59,600 nt of DNA from Thermoplasmata archaeon (GTDB lineage: Archaea; Thermoplasmatota; Thermoplasmata; GCA-020350865), in NCBI GenBank assembly GCA_020348445.1, contig CP070751.1, positions 836,438 through 896,037 of the forward strand. The letters run 5' to 3'. The notes under the pieces are model-generated. The model worked only from the letters and a program-made list of their open reading frames with translations. It searched no databases and was not told the DNA's origin. This document shows positions 1 through 9,081 of this stretch, piece by piece; positions within the stretch are counted from its first letter, which is position 1; each line of letters starts with the position of its first letter. Position numbers and translations under genes: made by a program.

Positions 1-2240
1 TGAAGAGTAATGCTCTGATTCTCGGTTAGCCGAGTGCCATTATAGAAGAATATCGTATCTCCTGGTTGGGTGATATGAATCCAAAAGCCCATCTTCTCGT
101 TCAGCTCAAATAAATCGTTTCCATAGGGCTTACCCACTTTGTAATGCTTCCATTGGTCTTTTTTCTCTGTGATATTATACCATTGGACAGCATCATATAA
201 GCCATCGATAGATTTAAGCACTTTTATCAGATTTTGTTCTTCCTGGATCAGGGGCAGAGAAATAAGGTTCCAGCCCTGCTTTAAAATCATATAGTTCTTG
301 TTGGGCTCGATAAGAGGGTAATTATCCTGGGAATTCGAATCGATCACATAGGGATTCTTACCTCCGCCTCCAATTGTTCCGTTATCAACTATGCCATCGC
401 TTCCCAAGATCATTTGGTCTGGTCCATTAAAATCGTCATATGCTCCTTCGCTTGATTCATCAAAATCAGACCAGTAATTTCCTCCTTCTGGATATCCATT
501 ATCCCATTGATTACCATTATTTGTGGTGTCAGAGGCTTGAATGGCATTGTCAATGATGTTGTTATGATAAATAAGATTGTTTGAGGAAGGGCTGAGTTGG
601 GATTCGATAAATATACCCGCTCCATTAACACTATATCCATTATATGAAACATTGTTTCCTATTATATCATTATTGTTTGATAAAGAGGAAATACGGATAC
701 CGCTATAACCATTCCATAAAACATTGTTGCCTAAGATAATGTTACCATTTGCCGAGTTCTGGAGGTATATGCCCTCACGCACATTTGAAGATGCATTGTT
801 GCCTATGATTTTGTTGTTGCTAGATGACTCATAAAGTCTAATGCCCCAACTGTTCGATATAACTTTGTTGTCTGTTATTATGTTGTTTGATGTGTAAAGT
901 CTCATGCCCTCACCGTTGTTAGAAAAAGTGTTTCTAGACAAACAGTTGTTCGATGACCCTACAATGAAAATGCCATTGGCGTTGCTCGAAAAATCATTGT
1001 CTATTATTATATTGTGGTTAGATGAGGATTCAAGGGAAATTCCGTCGTCGTTGTTCGAACCTTTATTACGTGCTATGTTGTTGTTCGAGGACGACTCAAG
1101 GTAAATACCCTTGTCATTTAAAGAGGCGGTGTTGCCAACTATGTTATTTCCATTAGAACTCCAAAAATAGATGCCATAATTATCGTTCGAAAAAGTGTTA
1201 TCTGTAATCATGATATTCGTGGAGAAAGCAGCCTCTATTCCAACATCGGTGTCATTTATATGCAAATTTTGTACTTTCACATCTGTGCAATTGGCAAAAA
1301 TAAGCTCTCCTACTAATTTTCCGTCAATGTTGATATCGCTGGAATCCTTATAAAAGTACAAGGGCTTTCTGTTCACAATATTGTTACTCAGTATTGAATG
1401 TGAATTAAAGTGCTGTAGGACGCTTCCCACTATAAAAATCCCCTCATTGATAAAATTATTACTTGCAAAATTATTACTCGACGACGAGCGAAGATAGATG
1501 CCAAATCCCTCATTTGATGAGATATTGTTACCAGTGATGTTGTTGTTCGATGATGAGTAGAATTCTATCCCATCAAAATTGTTAGAAATGTTGTTGCCTA
1601 AAATATTATTGTTTGATGATGAAATAAGATTAATGCCATCTCCCCAGTTCGATGATGAAATATTGTTGCCTATAATATCATTCCAATTTGAAATAGAAAG
1701 GTAAATATTATGTTGATTGTTCGACGAAATGTTGTTATCTATAACTTTGTTGTCCATTGATGACTCAAGATAAATGCCGTACCCCATGTTCGATGAAATA
1801 ATGTTGTTAATGACTTTGCAGTTCTTAACATTGTAAAGCTTCATTCCTCCTTCCCCAAAAAACGAACCACTCCAAGTAACAGTAAAACCAGTAATATTCG
1901 CCCAACTGACATTTACATATACAACAGTCCCGCTTCCTCCGCCATTGATAATCGTATTTTCCTTATTCTCCCCAGTTAAATTTATGGTCTTATTCACAAC
2001 AACATTTTCAAAATATGTTCCATTGTAAACAAAAACCGTATCCCCTGGTTGAGCTACATTTATCGCATCCTGAATAGAGGTAAAGTCCTCAGGTGGATTC
2101 CCAGGCGCACCATTTCCGAGTACATCATCAACATACCATGTGGTAGGAGCCTCAACAATTGGGACAATCTCTATAATAGTAACTAAAAAACTTAATATCA
2201 TTACCCAACTCAGCCAGACCACGGTTATCTTTTTGTTCAT
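1..2240 (-). CDS. Secreted right-handed beta-helix (NosD/pectin-lyase-like) protein with C-terminal GWN-repeat domain; 3' end runs off the window start
   Basis: Not in the ORF track because there is no stop in the window. Translated by hand from ATG at 2240: MNKKITVVWLSWVMILSFLVTIIEIVPIVEAPTTWYVDD...EDFTSIQDAIN, then many GIYLxSSSNNxIxGN repeats, then GGNYWSDFDE and GWNLISLPLIQ, in frame to position 3. Clear paralog of 2474-4720. Confidence 0.88.
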   Translation of the reverse strand, partial: MNKKITVVWLSWVMILSFLVTIIEIVPIVEAPTTWYVDDVLGNGAPGNPPEDFTSIQDAINVAQPGDTVFVYNGTYFENVVVNKTINLTGENKENTIINGGGSGTVVYVNVSWANITGFTVTWSGSFFGEGGMKLYNVKNCKVINNIISSNMGYGIYLESSMDNKVIDNNISSNNQHNIYLSISNWNDIIGNNISSSNWGDGINLISSSNNNILGNNISNNFDGIEFYSSSNNNITGNNISSNEGFGIYLRSSSSNNFASNNFINEGIFIVGSVLQHFNSHSILSNNIVNRKPLYFYKDSSDINIDGKLVGELIFANCTDVKVQNLHINDTDVGIEAAFSTNIMITDNTFSNDNYGIYFWSSNGNNIVGNTASLNDKGIYLESSSNNNIARNKGSNNDDGISLESSSNHNIIIDNDFSSNANGIFIVGSSNNCLSRNTFSNNGEGMRLYTSNNIITDNKVISNSWGIRLYESSSNNKIIGNNASSNVREGIYLQNSANGNIILGNNVLWNGYSGIRISSLSNNNDIIGNNVSYNGYSVNGAGIFIESQLSPSSNNLIYHNNIIDNAIQASDTTNNGNQWDNGYPEGGNYWSDFDESSEGAYDDFNGPDQMILGSDGIVDNGTIGGGGKNPYVIDSNSQDNYPLIEPNKNYMILKQGWNLISLPLIQEEQNLIKVLKSIDGLYDAVQWYNITEKKDQWKHYKVGKPYGNDLFELNEKMGFWIHITQPGDTIFFYNGTRLTENQSITL

Positions 2241-2344
2241 CAATGAAAGTTATCGTTGTAGCGAAATAAATACTTTCCGCTCTCCAACTCTCTCCTTCTT
2301 GTCCTTTAAGGGTTTTGCTTAACTAGGATCTTTAGCTTCGGGCC

Positions 2345-2460
2345 CCAGCAAATCCCTCTCCGCGCACAAAATTGCATGCCTGGCAAGAATTAGCACTCCA
2401 GAATCTTCTCACAATCTCGAGGGGATTTGGGGGAGGATATAAAGTAAGGGGGAGGGGGGT
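2345..2460 (-). repeat. Conserved structured intergenic element, copy 1 (3' of gene 2474-4720)
   Basis: 35-bp core 2365-2399 matches 4976-5010 at 29/35 positions. It is flanked by an inverted repeat (CAAATCCC / GGGATTTG) and G-rich tracts. Confidence 0.6.
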
Positions 2461-2473
2461 TGTGTGTTCAAGC

Positions 2474-4720
2474 TCACAATGGAACTTCCCACTCACATTT
2501 GGTTTTGGCATGTATATAATAACCTCTTCCTATCTCAAAATAATCCGAGGAGCTAATCACCTTCCATTTCTGAGTAGCGGCATCATAAGTCAAAATCGAG
2601 TCAACTTCTTGGTCAAAAGTGAGGTTATTCAATCCTTCTGTTCTATTGTAACTTCTAAGGGATGGGTAGCCTACTTGGTTCCAGCCTGGATGAAGGGTGA
2701 TGGTTTGGGACACCGTTGGTTGTGTGCCATTATAGAGAAAAATCGTGTCTCCAGGCTGAGTTATATGAATCCAGAAGCCCATGGTTTCGTTTATTTGTGA
2801 AAGGTCATTTCCATAGGGCTTACCTACTTTATAGTGCTTCCAGGGGTCATTTGTATCTGTGATATTATACCATTGGACTGCATCGTAGTAACCATCTATT
2901 GACTCAAGAACTTTTGTAAGGTTTTGATTATTCTGGATTAATGGTAAGGAGATAAGATTCCAACCTCGCTTTAGTAAGGTGTAATTCTCAATTGGGAAAT
3001 ATGGAGAGGGGCCAATCAAAGGGTAGTTGTCCTGGGAGTTTGAGTCGATGATATAAGGATTCTTACCACCTCCCGTAATTGTTCCACTATCAACTATGCC
3101 ATCTCTTCCAAGGATATTTTGATCTTGTCCTTTAAAATCGTCATATGCTCCCTCGTGAGGCTCATTAAAATTTGACCAGTAGTTACCACCAGTGGGATAG
3201 GATAGATTCCACCTATTAATACCATCATCATATGCCTGAATAATATTATTAATGAAGTGATTGTGATATATACAATTATTATTTGAAGATTCGAGGGACA
3301 TACCAAACAGGATGTTCGAATTACAGATATTACCCTCTATTGTATTATCTAATATGGAATCGCTCGATATTCCTCGATAGTTTTTGAATAGGGTGTTTTG
3401 CGTAAGCAAATTATTGGATATACCATAAAGAGCAATGCCATTTTCTTTGTTTGAGGCACAATAGTTGTGGCGAATAATACATTCTTCTGATGCAGTTATG
3501 TAGATGCCATTCTCATTATCAAGACAAATGTTGTTGTGGAGGGTGTTGTAAATAGGGATGGTATCAGTAGCTACAATAGTAACACCATTTCGATTGTTCG
3601 AATTGCATGTATTGTTGTTGATTGTATTTCCCGATGAGTCTTCTAAATATATGCCATCATATCCATTTGAGTTTAATATATTATTCTCGATAATATTGTA
3701 GTTTGTAACAGTTAAAAACATTTTTTCAAGGTTTATGCCAACACGTCCATTACCCGAGCAAGTATTATTAACAATTTTATTGTGGCTTGCAGGAAATAAA
3801 TGGATGCCATGGAGGTCGTTGTAGCTACATATATTATTCAAGATCTTGTTATTATCCGAAGATTTAAAATCTGGACCCCCAAGGAAAATGCCATAGTCAC
3901 TATAGCTGCAGTTGTTGTTTTCAATAATGTTATTGGATGAATTATATAGGAATATGCCCTCCCAATGACAATTATTACAGATGTTGTTCTTAATTAAATT
4001 ATTTGATGAAAAAGCCAGCTCAATACCATTAAAGGCTAATGAAAGATCGTTATTCTCGATCCTATTTCCATTTGATAAATGAAGGTAGATACGTCCGTTA
4101 TTATAACTGAGAGTATTATTTGATGAGGAGGATAATTGAATGTATCCTCTATTATTTGAAATCTTATTATCTGATGATGAATCAAGATTAATGCCTCCCC
4201 AAAAAGTATTGCAGATATTGTTGATAATAATATTATTGTTAGATAGTGAGTCAAGATAAATATCAAACTCATTTAACCTACACCTGCAATATTCGATTTT
4301 GCAATAATCTGAAGACTGCAAATATATCCCCGATCCACTATTACTACTATTCATCATTTGAAATCCTGTAATATTTACCCAATTTGCTAATATATGAACA
4401 ACGTCACCTATCCCTTTAGAATCAATTATCGTTGTTTCGCTATCCTCCCCTGTTAAATTTATTTGCTTTGACACTACCACATTCTCGTAATAGGTTCCAT
4501 TGTATACAAAAACCGTATCTCCTGGTTGAGCAACATTTATCGCATCCTGAATGGAGGTGAAGTCCTCAGGTGGATTCCCAGGCCCGCCATTCCCGAGTAC
4601 ATCATCAACATACCATGTGGTAGGAGCCTTAACAATTGGGGCAGTCTCAACGATAATGACGATTAAGCTGAACACCATCGCTGTTATCACCCAGATTACG
4701 GCTATTATTCTTTTTTCCAT
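2474..4720 (-). CDS. Secreted right-handed beta-helix (NosD-like) protein with C-terminal GWN-repeat domain
   Basis: 748-aa ORF with N-terminal signal peptide, SIQDAIN motif, parallel beta-helix repeats (GIxLxxSSNNxIxNNxC), and two GWN(L/Q)(I/V)(S/G)xP repeats ending ...CEWEVPL. Confidence 0.9.
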   Translation of the reverse strand: MEKRIIAVIWVITAMVFSLIVIIVETAPIVKAPTTWYVDDVLGNGGPGNPPEDFTSIQDAINVAQPGDTVFVYNGTYYENVVVSKQINLTGEDSETTIIDSKGIGDVVHILANWVNITGFQMMNSSNSGSGIYLQSSDYCKIEYCRCRLNEFDIYLDSLSNNNIIINNICNTFWGGINLDSSSDNKISNNRGYIQLSSSSNNTLSYNNGRIYLHLSNGNRIENNDLSLAFNGIELAFSSNNLIKNNICNNCHWEGIFLYNSSNNIIENNNCSYSDYGIFLGGPDFKSSDNNKILNNICSYNDLHGIHLFPASHNKIVNNTCSGNGRVGINLEKMFLTVTNYNIIENNILNSNGYDGIYLEDSSGNTINNNTCNSNNRNGVTIVATDTIPIYNTLHNNICLDNENGIYITASEECIIRHNYCASNKENGIALYGISNNLLTQNTLFKNYRGISSDSILDNTIEGNICNSNILFGMSLESSNNNCIYHNHFINNIIQAYDDGINRWNLSYPTGGNYWSNFNEPHEGAYDDFKGQDQNILGRDGIVDSGTITGGGKNPYIIDSNSQDNYPLIGPSPYFPIENYTLLKRGWNLISLPLIQNNQNLTKVLESIDGYYDAVQWYNITDTNDPWKHYKVGKPYGNDLSQINETMGFWIHITQPGDTIFLYNGTQPTVSQTITLHPGWNQVGYPSLRSYNRTEGLNNLTFDQEVDSILTYDAATQKWKVISSSDYFEIGRGYYIHAKTKCEWEVPL

Positions 4721-4954
4721 AATCGTACGCCTTTTATCGTCATTCTTGGTAACGTCTTTTAAGCGTTCCTTTCCAAAACCTTGAAGAAATAAAATCTTTT
4801 CATTATATTAATTATTTTTGGAACGATTTTTGCCTTATTTATAATTTAGACTGCATAGCCTTCTCTATCCCCTCTCCGCTTTCTCCTCTTCATGCCTTAA
4901 GGATCTCGGTGAATAAGATGGAAACTTTTTGTGGCCAAGGTCTTCCACTCCTAG

Positions 4955-5070
4955 CCCTCCCAAATCTAACTCTCCCACAGAATTGCGTGCCTGGTAGGAA
5001 TGTGCACTCCGAGAGGTTGTCATTACCTGAGGGGCTTTTGGGGAGGTGTTGGGTTGAGGGGGAGGTGGGT
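4955..5070 (-). repeat. Conserved structured intergenic element, copy 2 (3' of gene 5085-6968)
   Basis: Same core and G-rich flanks as copy 1. The core lies at the same distance from the stop codon (74 intervening nt in both copies). Confidence 0.6.
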
Positions 5071-5084
5071 GAAAGGGTTCGGTA

Positions 5085-6968
5085 TCACAATGGAACTTCC
5101 CACTCACATTTGGTTTTTGCATGTATATAATAACCTCTTCCTATCTCGAAAAAATCAGATTCATCAATTTTCTCGTATTTTTGTGCGGTTGAATTATAGG
5201 TCCAGATCGCGTCAACATGGTCGCCGAAAGTGAGGTTGTTCAAGGCCTCGGTTCTGATTTTGTTACCAAGTGAGGGATAGCCAACCATGTTCCAACCCTT
5301 TTCGAGGGTTATGGTCTGGTCTTGAGTCGGGCGGGTACCGTCATAAGTAAATATGATTCCATCTGGATTTGAACAATAGACCCAGAAACCCATCTTATGG
5401 TTTATTTCATTCATATCATTCAAGGAGGGTGGTTTTGAAATCTCATGGTGTTTCCAAGGATCATTTATGTCTGTGCTGTTATAACATTGGACAATTCTGT
5501 ATTCTCCGTCAATTGATAGTAAAACCGAAGTTAAGGAGGTGTCGGATTGAATTTCTGGGATAGAAATCAGGTTCCAACCATATCTTAAGAAGGGATATGA
5601 AATTATTTCTATTACGAAATCATCAATCAATCCCAATCCCACATTCTCACCAAAAACAGTTGTAACACCAAGGGTCGTCCCTGCAGAGAAAATTGTAGAC
5701 GAGCCAGTTTGAGGATCGAAACTTCCCAAGCCGCCACTTTCTGTCCAGTCGACCTCCACATATCCCATGAAAGTGGAAGTGGAACTGTTGTAACCTGCGG
5801 CATAGATTGTCATGGATTCACTAAAATTCAAAAATACAGTGGTAAGTTCGTTCTGAGCACCATCCACGATAACGATTTCATCAATTGTTAATGGCGTATC
5901 CCCAATACAAAATACAGTCCTCTGATTTACAAAAACTCTGCCATTTGCAATGGCTGGTGACGAGAAACCCGGTCCTCCAGTGTATTTCTTCCAAACCTCA
6001 TTTCCATTACTCTCATCAAAGCAGTAAGTGTATCCCCCTCCATTTGCGATTACCTTACCATCACTAGATACTGCAGGTGTGGAACACCCATCGCCTATAT
6101 CTGAGGTATACCACATCTCGGTGCCGTCGTTTTCATCATAACAATAAATGACGCCCCCTACATTAACAAAGACCTTACCGTTTCCCACAGCTGGTGAGGA
6201 ATAACCATCCCCACCATTTGGTGCACTCCAAATCTCAGAACCATTGTTTTCAAATAAGCAATAAATTGGTCCAGGATTGAAAAATACCTTACCATTTGCC
6301 ACCACAGGGGAGCAGGACGTACCACCAGATACATTCCAAATCTCGTTCCCGTTATTTGCATTAAGACAGTACAATTTTTGTCCATTGACAAATACCTTCC
6401 CATTGGCTACAGCAGGAGTTGATTCTCCCGGGCCGCCCACCTGTTTATTCCAAATCTCGGCTCCGTTATTTGCATCATAACAATAAAGAGCTTGGGCATT
6501 TACATACAATCTATTATTGGCAACTTTCGGGGATGAGGTTCCGCCTCCTGATATCGGCTTGCTCCAAACCTCTGATCCATTGTTCTCATAAAAGCAATAT
6601 ACCTTATCACTTACCACATATACTTTCCCATCGCTTACTGCGGGTGTTGCGCATCCATATCCCGCAAATCCTATGGATCTGTTCCATATCTCTATGCCAT
6701 TACCCTCAGATAGGCAGTACAATATCCCCCCACCACCCTTATTCACAAATACTCTGCCATTTGCCACAGCCAATGAAGAGTACCCATCACCACCGATTGT
6801 TGACCTTGTCCATATTGTCATATTGGTATCGGGAGCAAAGGAAGTGGTATTTCCACTGTTTTGGGAATCGTTGAATAACATGGGCCAGGAATCTGAGCGT
6901 ACCTCGGGATAACAGGAAAAGAATATGAATATTGAAATAATGACAACAAGTAAACAACTGATTCTCAT
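5085..6968 (-). CDS. Secreted PQQ-like/BamB-type 8-bladed beta-propeller protein with C-terminal GWN-repeat domain
   Basis: ORF track gives 5085..7016; ATG 6968 (MRISCLLVV...) follows GGAGTGG and starts a signal peptide. Eight SxP(A/V)VxNGKVFV...YCxxxxNGxEIW repeats. C-terminal domain shared with the beta-helix genes. Confidence 0.88.
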   Translation of the reverse strand: MRISCLLVVIISIFIFFSCYPEVRSDSWPMLFNDSQNSGNTTSFAPDTNMTIWTRSTIGGDGYSSLAVANGRVFVNKGGGGILYCLSEGNGIEIWNRSIGFAGYGCATPAVSDGKVYVVSDKVYCFYENNGSEVWSKPISGGGTSSPKVANNRLYVNAQALYCYDANNGAEIWNKQVGGPGESTPAVANGKVFVNGQKLYCLNANNGNEIWNVSGGTSCSPVVANGKVFFNPGPIYCLFENNGSEIWSAPNGGDGYSSPAVGNGKVFVNVGGVIYCYDENDGTEMWYTSDIGDGCSTPAVSSDGKVIANGGGYTYCFDESNGNEVWKKYTGGPGFSSPAIANGRVFVNQRTVFCIGDTPLTIDEIVIVDGAQNELTTVFLNFSESMTIYAAGYNSSTSTFMGYVEVDWTESGGLGSFDPQTGSSTIFSAGTTLGVTTVFGENVGLGLIDDFVIEIISYPFLRYGWNLISIPEIQSDTSLTSVLLSIDGEYRIVQCYNSTDINDPWKHHEISKPPSLNDMNEINHKMGFWVYCSNPDGIIFTYDGTRPTQDQTITLEKGWNMVGYPSLGNKIRTEALNNLTFGDHVDAIWTYNSTAQKYEKIDESDFFEIGRGYYIHAKTKCEWEVPL

Positions 6969-7232
6969 TTTAAGCCCACTCCGAACTTCATTTTCTTCCT
7001 TCCTTATAGATAACAATGAAAAAAGGAGGATATAAACTATTCGCTATTACAATCATTGATGAATAGAATCCAGCGTAATTAGGGTATTTTAATCCCTTTT
7101 GCATTCTATTATAAACTAATAATTATGCGAAAATAATGGTATATTCATTGATTATCCCGCGTATCATGTCCTGGCCAAAAAAGACAATCTTTTTAAATCC
7201 CCAATCCTTTATCGATTCAGCAGGTGGTAAAT

Positions 7233-8087
7233 ATGCCAAAACGCGTCACTTCAAGCTCAAGTTATATCAAATATTCGAAAGGAATGGACAGGACCTTCGA
7301 AGAACCATATATTTGCGATGCTGAATACTTGCTTTCCGAGGTCAAGGGTATAAGGGGACCCTTTCACAAGAAACTCAGACATGTGGGCCTTGTGACAACA
7401 AAGGATCTTTTACAACGCTGCAGAACTCCAGTTGCCAGGAAATCCTATGCCGATGAGATAGGAATCGATCCTTACCTGCTTTTCAGATGGACAAAGATGG
7501 CAGATCTCATGCGCGTGGAGGGAATAGGCCAGCAGTTCGCAGAGCTCTTGATACTCACGGGAATCGATACAATGAAGAAACTCGCGGAAAGCGATCCCAA
7601 GAAAATTCTAGATCCCCTGCAAAATCCAGGGAGCCTTCCTGTGAAAAATCTGAGAATAGATGATGAGTTTGATGTGGTAGAGGGCAGTGCAAAACTCAGG
7701 GACGCCGCAAAAATCATGGTGGAGAAGAACCTCCCAGATCTTGTGGTATGCAGAGGCGAGCAACCCAAAGGAATACTCTCATTCAGAAGCCTGGTGCGGG
7801 CTGTGGCTGATGACATGGATGTGGACAACACAAGTGTTGAGGATGTTATTGTTAAGGATACCCCGCTTTTATCTCCAGATTCAACAATAGAGAAGGCTGC
7901 TGAGATGCTCATTGATATGAAGCTGCCCGTCCTGCCAGTGGTTGAGCAAAATGAGCTTGTGGGTGTTGTTTCCAGATCAGATATCGAGGATGTGTTTTTA
8001 AAAATCTCGCAGCGCAGACCTTCTCCTGAAGAAGTTGATAGATGGGTTAGGGATGCTAAAAAGCATAAACCAATAAATATCCAATAA
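7233..8087 (+). CDS. DUF4332 (HhH-like) protein with an inserted CBS-domain pair
   Basis: KGI..GP...TTKDLL...RW..MADLMRVEGIGQQFAELL...GIDT resembles DUF4332. The central CBS pair has PDLVV/KGILS and VLPVVE/VGVVSRSDI. Start uncertain (7224 GTG, 7233 ATG or 7284 ATG). Confidence 0.75.
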   Translation: MPKRVTSSSSYIKYSKGMDRTFEEPYICDAEYLLSEVKGIRGPFHKKLRHVGLVTTKDLLQRCRTPVARKSYADEIGIDPYLLFRWTKMADLMRVEGIGQQFAELLILTGIDTMKKLAESDPKKILDPLQNPGSLPVKNLRIDDEFDVVEGSAKLRDAAKIMVEKNLPDLVVCRGEQPKGILSFRSLVRAVADDMDVDNTSVEDVIVKDTPLLSPDSTIEKAAEMLIDMKLPVLPVVEQNELVGVVSRSDIEDVFLKISQRRPSPEEVDRWVRDAKKHKPINIQ

Positions 8088-8142
8088 TCTACCAAAGGAA
8101 GTATGTAACTATCTCATGTCGAACTAGCATGGAGAAATATTT

Positions 8143-9081
8143 ATGTCAGATCCAAATTCTATTGTCATCGAGACTAAAAAATTATCAAAAAGATTCAAGG
8201 ATGTACAGGCAGTGGACACCTTGGATATGAAGGTGAGAAAAGGAGAAATCTTCGGTTTTTTAGGTCCCAATGGCGCAGGAAAAACCACCACAATCAAGAT
8301 GATCATGGGTCTTACCCATCCCTCAGAAGGAGAGGTACTGATCAATGGGCAAAAAGCCGGCCCAAATACTGTTGAAATTAGAAAAGATATAGGATTTCTA
8401 CCTGAGAGAATATCCTTTTATGATAATCTAACACCAATTCAAACCCTGGAATTTTTCTGCGAGTTAAAGGGTGTGGATAAATCTATTGTAAAGCCACTGA
8501 TATCGGATGTTGGCCTAGAGGAGGCCGTGGACAGGAAGGTGGGAACGTTTTCCAAAGGTATGGTCCAACTTCTTGGAGTGGCCCAGGCCATGATAGGCGA
8601 GCCCTCCATATACATACTTGATGAACCAATGGGAGGTCTGGATGCGAGATGGGTGAAGATGGTGAGGGACAAGATCATAGGACTGAACGAAAAAGGTGCA
8701 ACTGTCATATTTTCATCTCACATCTTATCAGAGGTACAGAACCTATGCCATAGAGTTGCCATTATAAATAAGGGGCAGCTAATAGCCATGGACACCATCG
8801 AAAATCTAAGCGAGTTTTTACAAATCAAACCACGACTTGAAATAGTTATTCCCAGTCTGGAGGGGAAGATACCTGAGGGTATAGAGGCAATCGAAGGTGT
8901 TGAGGCCGTGGATGCAAAAGACGATATGCTTTACGTTACATCAGATACAGGAGCTAGGGCAAAGGTGCTGGCTCTTATAGAAAACAAGGGATTGACTGTC
9001 AGCAACTTCAGGACAGTGGAGCCGTCTTTAGAGGAGGCCTTCGTTAAACTGGTAAACCAGGATGATAAGGAGGGAAGCTAA
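8143..9081 (+). CDS. ABC-2 type exporter ATP-binding protein
   Basis: Walker A GPNGAGKTT, signature FSKGM, Walker B YILDEP, SSH switch. Confidence 0.95.
   Translation: MSDPNSIVIETKKLSKRFKDVQAVDTLDMKVRKGEIFGFLGPNGAGKTTTIKMIMGLTHPSEGEVLINGQKAGPNTVEIRKDIGFLPERISFYDNLTPIQTLEFFCELKGVDKSIVKPLISDVGLEEAVDRKVGTFSKGMVQLLGVAQAMIGEPSIYILDEPMGGLDARWVKMVRDKIIGLNEKGATVIFSSHILSEVQNLCHRVAIINKGQLIAMDTIENLSEFLQIKPRLEIVIPSLEGKIPEGIEAIEGVEAVDAKDDMLYVTSDTGARAKVLALIENKGLTVSNFRTVEPSLEEAFVKLVNQDDKEGS

Noticed and set aside
2390-2398. CIRCE half-site TTAGCACTC
   Set aside because: No GAGTGCTAA arm 9 nt downstream, and the second copy of the element reads TGTGCACTC.
2377-2400. 5S rRNA-like start (TGCCTGGC...TAGC)
   Set aside because: Similarity stops after a few bases; no 5S helices or matching 3' end.
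2345-5087. SECIS-like element directing UGA readthrough (both genes end in TGA)
   Set aside because: Readthrough of the gene at 2474 hits a second TGA one codon later, the extensions are not conserved, and there are no internal UGA codons.
2345-5147. Diversity-generating retroelement (VR/TR plus hairpin)
   Set aside because: The 3' ends are nearly identical rather than A-mutated, and no reverse transcriptase is in the window.
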